Shown piece by piece: positions 20,035 through 29,286 of a stretch of DNA of 64,000 bases; within the stretch, counting starts at the first letter, position 1, and each line of letters begins with the position of its first letter. The translations under genes and the position numbers were made by a program. The DNA comes from an uncultured Gammaproteobacteria bacterium (GTDB lineage: Bacteria; Pseudomonadota; Gammaproteobacteria; Magnimaribacterales; TMED112), in the NCBI GenBank assembly GCA_913044115.1, contig CAJWNO010000001.1, positions 27,452 to 91,451 on the forward strand. The letters run 5' to 3'. Under the pieces are notes generated by a model. It saw only the letters and a program-made list of their open reading frames with translations, did no database searches and had not been told where the DNA came from.

Positions 20035-20193
20035 CTAATCTTTAACTTTGCCACAAACTTGGCAAGCTTCACCCTTAGAAAGATATACCCCACCGCAACT
20101 AGGGCTTAAAGGCTTATTTTTAAGTATTAAACCAATTGCCATTCCACATATTGATAAGGCAACTACTAAAGCGGCTAAAAGAGCATTTATCAT
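20035..20193 (-). CDS. nqrM: (Na+)-NQR maturation protein NqrM (DUF539), 52 aa, absent from the ORF track
   Basis: My own translation is [52 protein letters not shown]. It has one TM helix, then an SCGG..C..CG cysteine motif as I recall for NqrM. The ATG overlaps the apbE TGA (ATGA). The position after apbE is the conserved one. Confidence 0.75.
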   Translation of the reverse strand: MINALLAALVVALSICGMAIGLILKNKPLSPSCGGVYLSKGEACQVCGKVKD

Positions 20194-20987
20194 GGAGATA
20201 TCATACTCCAATTACTGCTTTGAATGGAATCACCATTATTTAAAATAAAAAATACTTTTAAACCGTTCGATTCAGCAGTCATTAAGCCCTGCTCTTTGCC
20301 AAGTACATACAAAGCAGTAGCCCATGCATCAGCATATGTTGCACTTTCGTGAGCCACTGTTACTGATAATAAGTCTCTCGGCCCCTTTCCCCAGATGTGA
20401 CTTGGTTCACGATATTCTCCGGATGTAGCAATAGAAATACCTCCTTTGGGCACGTTAAACGCGATATAAGGGCTTTTTTTACTGTTGATTGGTCTTTCTA
20501 TGCCAAAAATCCAATTTTCCTTAAATTTAGAGCCTTTAGATCTAATCTCACCACCTATTTCTATAAAGTAATTACTTACTCCATTTTGCTCAACCAATTC
20601 TGCAATTTTGTCGATTGCATAACCTTTTCCAATAGCAGAGAAGTCATAACCATTATTATCTTTTGGTAAAAAGGCCCCCTTACTAGAAGTAGATATTTCC
20701 ATGCTTATGTCATAAAGGTTTCTAAATTCTTTCGACCATTCAAGATCGTCATTGTTATTGATTAGTGAAATCTCTGATGAGGGCTTATATGTTGAAAAAA
20801 CATAATCCACTCTTGTCAGCTCATTTTTGATTCTTGATTCTAAATCTGCATGACTAGAATTTTCAGCAATTTTAATCGAATATGTGGTGCCATAGATCTC
20901 TCCAGAGAAGTCTTGCAGAATCGCATTAGAACAGCCTGATAAAAAAAGAAGGCAAAAAAGAAATAGCCTTTTAGCCACCAAAGTCAT
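20190..20987 (-). CDS. apbE: FAD:protein FMN transferase ApbE (short form, lipoprotein)
   Basis: Lipobox LFLSGCS. ApbE motifs 'YSIKI', '[14 protein letters not shown]', '[10 protein letters not shown]', 'IEIGGEI' and 'ATSGEY'. It follows nqrF with a 17-nt overlap. Confidence 0.85.
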   Translation of the reverse strand: MTLVAKRLFLFCLLFLSGCSNAILQDFSGEIYGTTYSIKIAENSSHADLESRIKNELTRVDYVFSTYKPSSEISLINNNDDLEWSKEFRNLYDISMEISTSSKGAFLPKDNNGYDFSAIGKGYAIDKIAELVEQNGVSNYFIEIGGEIRSKGSKFKENWIFGIERPINSKKSPYIAFNVPKGGISIATSGEYREPSHIWGKGPRDLLSVTVAHESATYADAWATALYVLGKEQGLMTAESNGLKVFFILNNGDSIQSSNWSMISP

Positions 20988-22194
20988 CGAGCATTATGTT
21001 TTCTGGTTCAACACCAAGATCAGTCAGCATCTTTATGCAACTAGAATTCATTATTGGCGGCCCACAGAGATAGTATTCACAGTCTTCAGGAGCATCATGT
21101 TTTGATAGATATTCATCGTGAGTAACTTGATGAATAAAACCAGATAATCCCTCCCAATTATCCTCAGGTAAGGCATCAGATAAAGCTATGTTAAAAGAGA
21201 AATTTTCATGTTCTTCAGCGAGTTTTTCAAACTCTTCTTTGTAGAAAATCTCTTTCATGCTTCTTGCGCCGTACCAGTAGGAAATTTTTCTGCCTGAATT
21301 AAGCCTGATAAGTTGATCAAAAATATGTGATCTCATTGGGGCCATGCCTGCTCCGCCTCCAATGAAGACCATTTCATTTTGTGTTTCACGTGCAAAGAAT
21401 TCGCCGAATGGACCAAAAACTTTTACCTTATCTCCTGGTTTTAAACCAAACACATAAGACGACATTATGCCTGGAGGAAAGTCAGTTCCAGGAGGTGGTG
21501 AGGCTACTCTTATATTGAACTTTAAAACCCCTTCCTCTAACGGATAATTTGCCATGGAATAAGCTCTTATTATTGGTTCAGGATTATTGGCTACGTTATC
21601 CCAAATTTTAAATCTATCCCAATCTTCATGATATTCTTCAGCGACATCAAAATCTTTATAACTTTTATTCTCATATGCTGGTGCCTCGAGTTGAACGTAT
21701 CCGCCTGCTCTAAATTTTACGTTTTCTCCTTCCGGAAGCTTCAGAACAAGCTCTTTAATAAAAGTAGCGACATTATCATTTGAAACGACCTCACATTCCC
21801 ACTCTTTTACCCCAAACACTTCCTCTGGTATTTGGATTTTCATATCGCCTTTTACGGCAACCTGACATGATAAGCGCCAGTTATCGTTCTGTTGTTTATA
21901 GTTGAAGTGGGATTGCTCAGTGGACAGTATAGATCCACCACCGTCTGTGACCTGACATTTACATTCTGCACAAGTTCCTCCACCACCACATGCTGATGCT
22001 AGATAGATATTTTTAGAAGCCAAAGTACTCAGTAATTTTCCACCTGCAGGCACTTTAATGCTTTTTTCTGGATCCCCATTTATTTCTATAGAGACTTCCC
22101 CAGTGGATACTAACTGTGATCTGGCAAACATCACAAACGCGACGAGGAACGCCACAATAAGAGTAAATGAAAGTATTCCTAAATAAATATCCAT
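20971..22194 (-). CDS. nqrF: Na+-translocating NADH:quinone oxidoreductase subunit F
   Basis: N-terminal TM helix, 2Fe-2S ferredoxin motif '[12 protein letters not shown]', and an FAD/NADH domain (RAYSMAN). Confidence 0.95.
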   Translation of the reverse strand: MDIYLGILSFTLIVAFLVAFVMFARSQLVSTGEVSIEINGDPEKSIKVPAGGKLLSTLASKNIYLASACGGGGTCAECKCQVTDGGGSILSTEQSHFNYKQQNDNWRLSCQVAVKGDMKIQIPEEVFGVKEWECEVVSNDNVATFIKELVLKLPEGENVKFRAGGYVQLEAPAYENKSYKDFDVAEEYHEDWDRFKIWDNVANNPEPIIRAYSMANYPLEEGVLKFNIRVASPPPGTDFPPGIMSSYVFGLKPGDKVKVFGPFGEFFARETQNEMVFIGGGAGMAPMRSHIFDQLIRLNSGRKISYWYGARSMKEIFYKEEFEKLAEEHENFSFNIALSDALPEDNWEGLSGFIHQVTHDEYLSKHDAPEDCEYYLCGPPIMNSSCIKMLTDLGVEPENIMLDDFGG

Positions 22195-22802
22195 TAGAGT
22201 AAAATTCCTCCAAATGACATAAAACCAAAACTCATTAAACCAACTATTACAAAAGTTATACCTAGTCCTCTTAACCCCTCTGGTATATCACTATATTTTA
22301 ACTTTTCTCTGATCCCTGCCAAGAGGACAATAGCTAAAGCCCATCCAAATCCTGCCCCAAATCCATAAACAACACTTTCCGTAAAATTATAATTTTTCTC
22401 TATCATGAATAGAGAGGCTCCTAAAATTGCACAGTTTACTGTGATTAGTGGCAAGAATATCCCTAATGCGTTGTACAAAGCAGGCACATATTTATCCAGA
22501 AACATTTCAAGAATTTGAACTGCTGCTGCAATAACTCCAATATATGTGATTAAACCAACAAATTTGAGATTCGTATTTTCTAGTCCTGCCCAAGATAATG
22601 CACCCTCTTTCAAAACAAAATTATAGATAAGATTGTTTAACGGAACGGTGATAGTTAGAACAACAATTACTGCAATTCCTAGACCAAATGCTGCTTTTAC
22701 CTGCTTTGAAATGGCAAAGAAAGTACACATTCCCAAAAACAAGGATAAGGCTATGTTTTCTATGAAAACCGTTTTAACGAAAAGATTGAGTAGATCAGCC
22801 AC
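22194..22802 (-). CDS. nqrE: Na+-NQR subunit E
   Basis: 202-aa polytopic protein in the NqrE position ('[16 protein letters not shown]'). Confidence 0.93.
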   Translation of the reverse strand: MADLLNLFVKTVFIENIALSLFLGMCTFFAISKQVKAAFGLGIAVIVVLTITVPLNNLIYNFVLKEGALSWAGLENTNLKFVGLITYIGVIAAAVQILEMFLDKYVPALYNALGIFLPLITVNCAILGASLFMIEKNYNFTESVVYGFGAGFGWALAIVLLAGIREKLKYSDIPEGLRGLGITFVIVGLMSFGFMSFGGILL

Positions 22803-23478
22803 TTTGCACCTCTTTTTTAACGGTTAATGGCTTGAAAGTATGAGCTTTTAGCGGGTTCTCATTTTCTTCTACTTGGCTTTTGCTAAAAGATCTTATAACC
22901 CAGATCATTATTCCAATTATGATGAAGGAGCTAGGTGGTAAAAGAAGAAAATTATTTACTGGGTAAGTTTCAGGCATTATTTGCATACCAAAGAAAGTAC
23001 CGCTTCCAAAAATTTCTCTAATTGCAGCTACCACAAGCAAGACAAAACTGTATCCAAGGCCGTTACCAAAACCGTCTAACATGCTTTTTATGGGTGGGTT
23101 TTTCATTGCGTAAGCTTCAGCTCGACCCATAACAATGCAATTAGTTATGATAAGCCCAACAAATACTGAAAGCTGTTTACTCGCTTCATATGCGTAAGCT
23201 TTTAAAAGTTCATCCACAATAATCACCAGTGATGAGATTATTGTCATCTGAACGATGATTCTTATGCTATCGGGTATGTAATGTCGAATTATCGAAATAA
23301 ATAAGTTTGAGAGCGTTACAACAGATGTAAGAGCTATACACATAATCAGTGTTACATCCATTTTGACTGTAACCGCAAGCGCAGAACATATGCCCAATAT
23401 TTGAAGCGCAATTGGGTTATTTTCGACTATAGGAGTAAAGAGTAGTTTTCTTGTCTCTTTCACTGAGATTGCTTTCAT
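22795..23478 (-). CDS. nqrD: Na+-NQR subunit D
   Basis: '[19 protein letters not shown]' is the NqrD/RnfE signature. Confidence 0.93.
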   Translation of the reverse strand: MKAISVKETRKLLFTPIVENNPIALQILGICSALAVTVKMDVTLIMCIALTSVVTLSNLFISIIRHYIPDSIRIIVQMTIISSLVIIVDELLKAYAYEASKQLSVFVGLIITNCIVMGRAEAYAMKNPPIKSMLDGFGNGLGYSFVLLVVAAIREIFGSGTFFGMQIMPETYPVNNFLLLPPSSFIIIGIMIWVIRSFSKSQVEENENPLKAHTFKPLTVKKEVQSG

Positions 23479-24203
23479 GCTTTATCTCCTCTTAGCATTT
23501 CAAGCACTGGGCCATAACCATTTTCGCCAAGCCAATATTTGATCATATTTGAAACACCGTTACTGGTAAGTGTTGCTCCTGAAATTCCATCAATTTCATA
23601 TTCTTCTGTCGAAGGACCTTTGGTTACATACAAAACCACATTACCCGATGAATCATAGACTTTCTTTCCATTCCAATCGGATTTCCAGACTGGGTTATCA
23701 ACCTCTCCCCCCAGTCCAGGTGTTTCTTTGTGATCATAATACTCAATTCCTTTCACGGTATTTAAATCTGCATCAAGTGATAAATACCCATAAAGAGTGC
23801 CCCATAAACCATACCCTCTTATTGGCAGAACAATTTTTTGAATTTGGTTTTGTTCTGAGTACCAAACATAGATGGGAGCAACATTCTCTCTTCTTTTCAA
23901 AATAGCTATATCTTGTTCTTTAGGAACCAAACTTGATTGCGCAACATTCGAAGATGCTTTGATATGATCATAATTCTCAGTTACTTCTACAAGCTGGTTT
24001 GATTTAAAATCAACATAAAGAGTTTTAATTTTTGAAAACTCTTTTTCAACTTCATCCGTCGTTATTCCTGCAGCCGCCAATATTTTGAGTTTTTTCTCGT
24101 TTTCAACATTTAAATTTTGTTCCGGCCTAACAGTTACCGCTGTTACTGAAACTACAACTGCACAAGCTATACAAGCTATTAATGGAATGATCATTTTGTT
24201 CAT
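23475..24203 (-). CDS. nqrC: Na+-NQR subunit C
   Basis: N-terminal anchor. The covalent-FMN threonine motif 'ISGATLTS' is present. Confidence 0.92.
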   Translation of the reverse strand: MNKMIIPLIACIACAVVVSVTAVTVRPEQNLNVENEKKLKILAAAGITTDEVEKEFSKIKTLYVDFKSNQLVEVTENYDHIKASSNVAQSSLVPKEQDIAILKRRENVAPIYVWYSEQNQIQKIVLPIRGYGLWGTLYGYLSLDADLNTVKGIEYYDHKETPGLGGEVDNPVWKSDWNGKKVYDSSGNVVLYVTKGPSTEEYEIDGISGATLTSNGVSNMIKYWLGENGYGPVLEMLRGDKA

Positions 24204-25411
24204 GCGTTATACCTCTCCATTCTTTTGCTCGTATTGTATGAAGTTACGCAGTAATCAATTGCTGGAGCAAGCAAATTCGCAAAAAGGATCGCCAACATCA
24301 TTCCTTCAGGAAATGCAGGATTTACAACCCTAATTAAGATCACAAGAACACCAATTGAAAATCCATATATCCATCTACCCATATTAGTATTTGCGGCAGT
24401 TACTGGCTCTGTTGCCATATAAATAAGTCCGAATGCAAAACTGCCTATTGTTAAATGCCACCACCATGGAACACTGAACATTGGGTTTGTATCAGAGCCA
24501 ATAAAATTTAAAAAGCTTGCCATAAGGATCATGCCTATCAATGTAGCTACTATGATCCTCCAAGAAGCTATTTTGGCGTAAACCATATATGCCCCTGAGA
24601 GCAATATTAATAATGTGGAGGTTTCACCAATTGAACCTGGAATTTGACCAAGAAAAGTTTGTGTCCAAGTATAATTAGCTTGAATCCCAGATATTCCTTC
24701 TTGAGCACCAATACCAAGTGCAGTAGCCCCTGAATAACCATCAATTGCACCATTGTCTGCTAGGGATGAAATCCAAACCATATCTCCTGACAATTCTGAC
24801 GGATAAGCAAAATAAATGAATGCTCTTCCTGTGAGGGCTGGATTTAGAAAGTTTTTACCTGTGCCACCAAAAAACTCTTTGCCAACAACTATTCCAAAAG
24901 CTATTCCTGATGCAGCTTGCCATAGAGGTATATCTGGAGGACAACTTAAAGAAAATAAAACCGTTGATACAAAAGCACCTTCATTTATTTCATGTCTTCT
25001 AATAGTTGCAAATATAGCTTCGCAGGCAATACCCACAACAAAAACTGTTAAATATATCGGGACAAAATAAACAAGCCCAAACCAAAACCTATGGAAGTGG
25101 TTAGAAGGGTCTGTCCCAACTAATTGAATTAAAGAATTGTGCCAATCTCCAGTTGAGCTAAAACCGCCCTTTTGCATGTAATCAAGGCCCCAAAACCCCA
25201 TGTTATACATACCCCAAAACATAGCTGGAAAAGTTGCTAGCCAAACAACAACCATGACTCTTTGAATATCAAGTCTATCTCTTACGTGTGTTTTACCAGT
25301 TGTGGCAACTTTCGATGAGAAGAAAAAGTTTTGAATAACCTCATACAGATAAAAATAGTTATTATCTTTAGATGGCCTATTCTTATCAAAAAATTTCTCC
25401 AAAAATTTCAT
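24200..25411 (-). CDS. nqrB: Na+-NQR subunit B
   Basis: Polytopic, with the covalent-FMN motif 'YSGATALG'. I prefer the start at ATG 25411 (MKFLEKFF), which forms an ATGA overlap with the nqrA stop, over the track's 25444. Confidence 0.92.
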   Translation of the reverse strand: MKFLEKFFDKNRPSKDNNYFYLYEVIQNFFFSSKVATTGKTHVRDRLDIQRVMVVVWLATFPAMFWGMYNMGFWGLDYMQKGGFSSTGDWHNSLIQLVGTDPSNHFHRFWFGLVYFVPIYLTVFVVGIACEAIFATIRRHEINEGAFVSTVLFSLSCPPDIPLWQAASGIAFGIVVGKEFFGGTGKNFLNPALTGRAFIYFAYPSELSGDMVWISSLADNGAIDGYSGATALGIGAQEGISGIQANYTWTQTFLGQIPGSIGETSTLLILLSGAYMVYAKIASWRIIVATLIGMILMASFLNFIGSDTNPMFSVPWWWHLTIGSFAFGLIYMATEPVTAANTNMGRWIYGFSIGVLVILIRVVNPAFPEGMMLAILFANLLAPAIDYCVTSYNTSKRMERYNA

Positions 25412-26721
25412 GAGGTTTCCTCTTTCCAAATCATTTCCATACAATCATTAAATAGTGCCACATAGTCGTATTTACTAGGGCAAACATACGAAAAAATACT
25501 CATATCTTCTTCGCTTAAATCAAATATCCCTAATTCCCTTAATGCTACTAGATCTCCTATTGCTAGAGATTTTAAAAAAAGCGTTGGATCTATGTCAAAG
25601 GGATTCACCTCATCAAAAACACCAATAGGAACAATAGCTCTATAACCGCCATTTATATTTGTATCAAAATCAAACTTTTCTGGTTTAATAAAACTTGATA
25701 AAAATACGTTTGAAACGCTGTGATCCTTAAAGCCAGGTTTTAACCAGTTAAAGAAAGTAGCTCTTCTTTCATCAGAGACTAAAGAGAGTTGGTTAGAGTA
25801 GCGTGATAGGTAGTCTGAGTAGCTGTCACCGCTTCTTCCATATAATAGGCTTCCAGATACTCTTCGTGCATTACTAGAGGCTACTCCAGCTGATAGTTCC
25901 TCAAGATTTCCACCAAGCCTCGTTTTTACAACTTTCGGTTCATCACATGCAGGACCACAAACGCTAATGTATTTTTCATAGCAAAAATTCCCGCTTGTCA
26001 TAGATTTGCCCATCCTAACAACGTCCTGCCAATTTACAGTCCAAGTTTTTGTATTCTTTGTTAAAGGCCTTATTTTTTGAATGTGAAAAGAACTACTACC
26101 ACAAGGATATTTTCCATCGACCACATACTGCTCAATACCTAAATCCCCAGTGTAAATATTTGAGTAGGAACACAAATAAATTGGACAATTAAAAGTGTTT
26201 TTTAAGTATTTCAATCCTGTTAAGAAGTTTTCTCCTTCTATCTCGAGCACCTGATTAGGGCTTGCTTCTAGTTCATCGTTCTTACATGCATTGATAAACA
26301 AGAAATTTGGTTCAGTTCCTATTGCGGGAACTCTATTAAATGGCCTTTCGCGAAAACTATCCCACAATCCAGCATTTAGTAAATTTTCAAGTTTATTTGC
26401 TGAAGAAATGAAAGGCTGATCATGGTCATCACTTCTTTTTATTACCACTGAAACAAGAGCTCGCTTTTCCCCTCTATTTACTTGATGGATGACACCACTT
26501 GCAACAGCTCTTACCACAAATCCTGGGTTGGTCTTGTCCTCCCAGATAGCTTCGCCTTGTCTTATTTCATCACCCTCTTTCACAAGAATTTTTGGTTTAA
26601 GACCAAAGTAATCTTCTGCTAAAACCGCAGAAAACTGAGGGTCGATGATATCTAGATTGTTATTTCTTACAGAGCCGTGAAGAGGTACATCAAGGCCCCC
26701 TTTCATTTTAATTTTTTTCAT
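25408..26721 (-). CDS. nqrA: Na+-NQR subunit A
   Basis: 437-aa soluble subunit at the head of nqrBCDEF ('MKKIKMKGGLDVPL'). Its start abuts the upstream GAPDH stop with a 0-nt spacer. Confidence 0.9.
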   Translation of the reverse strand: MKKIKMKGGLDVPLHGSVRNNNLDIIDPQFSAVLAEDYFGLKPKILVKEGDEIRQGEAIWEDKTNPGFVVRAVASGVIHQVNRGEKRALVSVVIKRSDDHDQPFISSANKLENLLNAGLWDSFRERPFNRVPAIGTEPNFLFINACKNDELEASPNQVLEIEGENFLTGLKYLKNTFNCPIYLCSYSNIYTGDLGIEQYVVDGKYPCGSSSFHIQKIRPLTKNTKTWTVNWQDVVRMGKSMTSGNFCYEKYISVCGPACDEPKVVKTRLGGNLEELSAGVASSNARRVSGSLLYGRSGDSYSDYLSRYSNQLSLVSDERRATFFNWLKPGFKDHSVSNVFLSSFIKPEKFDFDTNINGGYRAIVPIGVFDEVNPFDIDPTLFLKSLAIGDLVALRELGIFDLSEEDMSIFSYVCPSKYDYVALFNDCMEMIWKEETS

Positions 26722-28194
26722 TTACTGTTTTGGGTATCTAATTAAATTTACACCAAGAACTTTTTTCAAAAGCCTTACAACTTGTTTGGAGTAACCATAC
26801 TCGTTATCGTACCAGACGTAAATAGTTACACAGTTAAAATTGCTTATTGTTGCTTGTGCGTCATAAACACAAGCAAATTCATTACTGTAGAAATCTGAAG
26901 ATACACCATCAATTGAATTAGAGTAATCGATTGTTGTTCTTAGATTTGAGTGAAAAGCTGCCTTTTTGAATAAGTCATTAAGCTCATCTACACCAACACC
27001 CTTTTTAAGGTTAAGGTTCATAATTGCCAAACTCACATTTGGTGTTGGTACTCTTATTGCATTAGCTGTAAGTTTGCCTTTCATTTCCGGCAGTATCTCA
27101 GAAACAGCTTTAGCAGCACCAGTATCAGTGATGACCAAATTAAGAGCTGCTCCTCTACCCCTTCTATCTGACTTATGGTAGTTATCTACAAGGTTCTGAT
27201 CGTTAGTATATGCATGGATAGTCTCTATGTGCCCACTGACTATCTTGTAGGCATCATTGATTAGTTTGAGTGGCGGAGCAATGGCATTTGTTGTGCATGA
27301 TGCTGCAGCAACAATTTTTTCATCTTGCTTTAATTTTTCATCATTTATTCCAAAGACAATATTTTTGATCTTTCCTTTTGCGGGAGCAGTAAGTATTACT
27401 TTATCCACCGATGGATTTCTTGTATGTTGTCCCAATCCTTCTTCATCCTTCCAGGCACCAGTGTTATCAATAATAGTTGCCTTTTTTATCCCATAATCTT
27501 TGTATTTAACTTTTCTAGGGTCATTTGCATATATGACGAATATTTCGTTCCCATTTACAATTAATGAATTATTCTTTTTGTTTACCCTAATTGTGCCTGG
27601 AAATGTTCCATGTACGCTGTCATTTCGCAGCAAGCTTGCTCTTTTAATAAGATCATCTTCATGGCCTGAATCTCTTATGACAACGGCTCTCAGACGCCAA
27701 TTAGCTCCTGCTCCAGTATCTGTGACAAGTATTCTTGTTATAAGCCTTCCAATCCTTCCGAAACCATATAAGACTACGTCTTTTGGTCTCAAAGGATAAG
27801 ATCTTTTTGTTCTTGTTTGGCCTTCCAGAGTTTTATTTACATAATGTTCAGGCTTAAGTTGAGGATTTTCTAGTAAATGAGAAACCATTTCACCAATATC
27901 TATTTCACAAGGCATTAGTTTCATTTTTGCAATTTGTTCTATTACCGGATAAGTCTCTAATTCACTTAATTCGTTTCCTTCAGCTTCTCTTACAAACCTA
28001 TGAAGCTTCATAATTTCGATAGGAGATGAGTTGCTTAGTGGACGACCATACATTAGAAGATGCACACCACTTCTGTAGAGTTTACCGATAATGGGAACCA
28101 TGGACTCAGCAAGAGCTTCTCTCCATTTCCAATCGCCAAAGTAGTCATCGACCTTTGGACGTCTTCTTTTATCGGGATTGAATCTTTTAACCAA
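26722..28194 (-). CDS. glyceraldehyde-3-phosphate dehydrogenase, long form with an N-terminal extension of roughly 130 aa
   Basis: Rossmann 'VVLYGFGRIGR' begins near residue 140. The catalytic 'ASCTTNAIAP' is present. 490 aa. The long GAPDH next to nqr resembles the Pseudomonas arrangement as I recall it. Confidence 0.8.
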   Translation of the reverse strand: MVKRFNPDKRRRPKVDDYFGDWKWREALAESMVPIIGKLYRSGVHLLMYGRPLSNSSPIEIMKLHRFVREAEGNELSELETYPVIEQIAKMKLMPCEIDIGEMVSHLLENPQLKPEHYVNKTLEGQTRTKRSYPLRPKDVVLYGFGRIGRLITRILVTDTGAGANWRLRAVVIRDSGHEDDLIKRASLLRNDSVHGTFPGTIRVNKKNNSLIVNGNEIFVIYANDPRKVKYKDYGIKKATIIDNTGAWKDEEGLGQHTRNPSVDKVILTAPAKGKIKNIVFGINDEKLKQDEKIVAAASCTTNAIAPPLKLINDAYKIVSGHIETIHAYTNDQNLVDNYHKSDRRGRGAALNLVITDTGAAKAVSEILPEMKGKLTANAIRVPTPNVSLAIMNLNLKKGVGVDELNDLFKKAAFHSNLRTTIDYSNSIDGVSSDFYSNEFACVYDAQATISNFNCVTIYVWYDNEYGYSKQVVRLLKKVLGVNLIRYPKQ

Positions 28195-28195
28195 T

Positions 28196-29278
28196 TTAAC
28201 TGTCTATGTACTTGCTAAGAAAATAGTCAGAACTTCCAAATAAGTTTGTAATAACTAATAATCTTTTTAGATAATGGCCTACAGACATTTCTTCTGTGAC
28301 CCCCATACCGCCATGTAGTTGAACCGCTTCTTCACCAACATATTTACCGGCCTTGGCTATTTGGTGTTTCAAACCATAAACAAGCTTAGATCTCTCATCA
28401 GCATCGTCTGTGGCTAAAACTTTCAGAAGGAACGACTTACTAAATTCAGTTTCCATGAACATATCAACCATTCTGTGTTGTAATGCTTGAAACTTTGACA
28501 GAGATTGTCCAAATTGTTCTCTTTGCTGAGTATATTCGATCGTTAGTTTATAACATTTCTCCATAGCACCTATTGCTTCTGAAGATACAGATATTATGCC
28601 TTCAAGAACTGCTTCATTTAGAATTTCTAGCGCATCATTTTTAGAAAACACAGCATCTGCTTTTACATTTTCTAACTTTAAATCACCTGATACAAAGCCG
28701 TCGTATGTTTTATATGAGGTTAGACTTAAACCCTCTGCGTCCTTTGATACCAAAGCAAAAGCAAAACCAGAACCGTGTTTACCGAACACTAGAAAATGAT
28801 CGGCATTTGGAGCATTCAAGACCGTAGTCTTATGTCCATTTACTATCCCATCTGAGGAAATTTCACTATCAACTGCGTCTAAATTGAAGCCTTTTTTAGG
28901 CTCATAATTTGCAAGAGAAAACTGAGCTTCTCCAGCTATTAAACTTTCTACAAGAGATGCCTTGTTTTCAAGATCACATCTTTTAAGAACACCACCAGAT
29001 AAAACAACATTTGCTAGATAAGGTTCAACTACAATTGATTTACCAAATTCCTCAAACATTAAGCTAAGGTCTACATCACCGCCATCTAGTCCGCCCATTT
29101 CTTCTGAGAAAGGAATTGCTAACCATCCTAATTCAGCAAAAAGTTTCCAGTGATCTGGGTTGTGACCTGCATCAGAATTTACACTCTTCATTCTTGTTTC
29201 AAAGTCATAATCTGATCCACAGAATTTAGAGACACTATCTCTTAAAAGGTTTTGCTCATCGGTAAAACTTAAATTCAT
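28196..29278 (-). CDS. acyl-CoA dehydrogenase family protein (small, probably non-catalytic partner)
   Basis: 360 aa with overall ACAD architecture ('QREQFGQSLSKFQALQHRM'). The C-terminal Y-E-G-T-x-E-I-Q motif is degenerate ('ITNLFGSSDYFL'). Confidence 0.75.
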   Translation of the reverse strand: MNLSFTDEQNLLRDSVSKFCGSDYDFETRMKSVNSDAGHNPDHWKLFAELGWLAIPFSEEMGGLDGGDVDLSLMFEEFGKSIVVEPYLANVVLSGGVLKRCDLENKASLVESLIAGEAQFSLANYEPKKGFNLDAVDSEISSDGIVNGHKTTVLNAPNADHFLVFGKHGSGFAFALVSKDAEGLSLTSYKTYDGFVSGDLKLENVKADAVFSKNDALEILNEAVLEGIISVSSEAIGAMEKCYKLTIEYTQQREQFGQSLSKFQALQHRMVDMFMETEFSKSFLLKVLATDDADERSKLVYGLKHQIAKAGKYVGEEAVQLHGGMGVTEEMSVGHYLKRLLVITNLFGSSDYFLSKYIDS

Positions 29279-29286
29279 AATTTCCC

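Noticed and set aside
20048-20248. Track ORF of 66 aa on the plus strand between the FG-GAP gene and apbE
   Set aside because: It has no recognisable features. It overlaps the apbE 3' end and lies antisense to a much better candidate, the 52-aa NqrM with TM helix, Cys motif and ATGA coupling to apbE.
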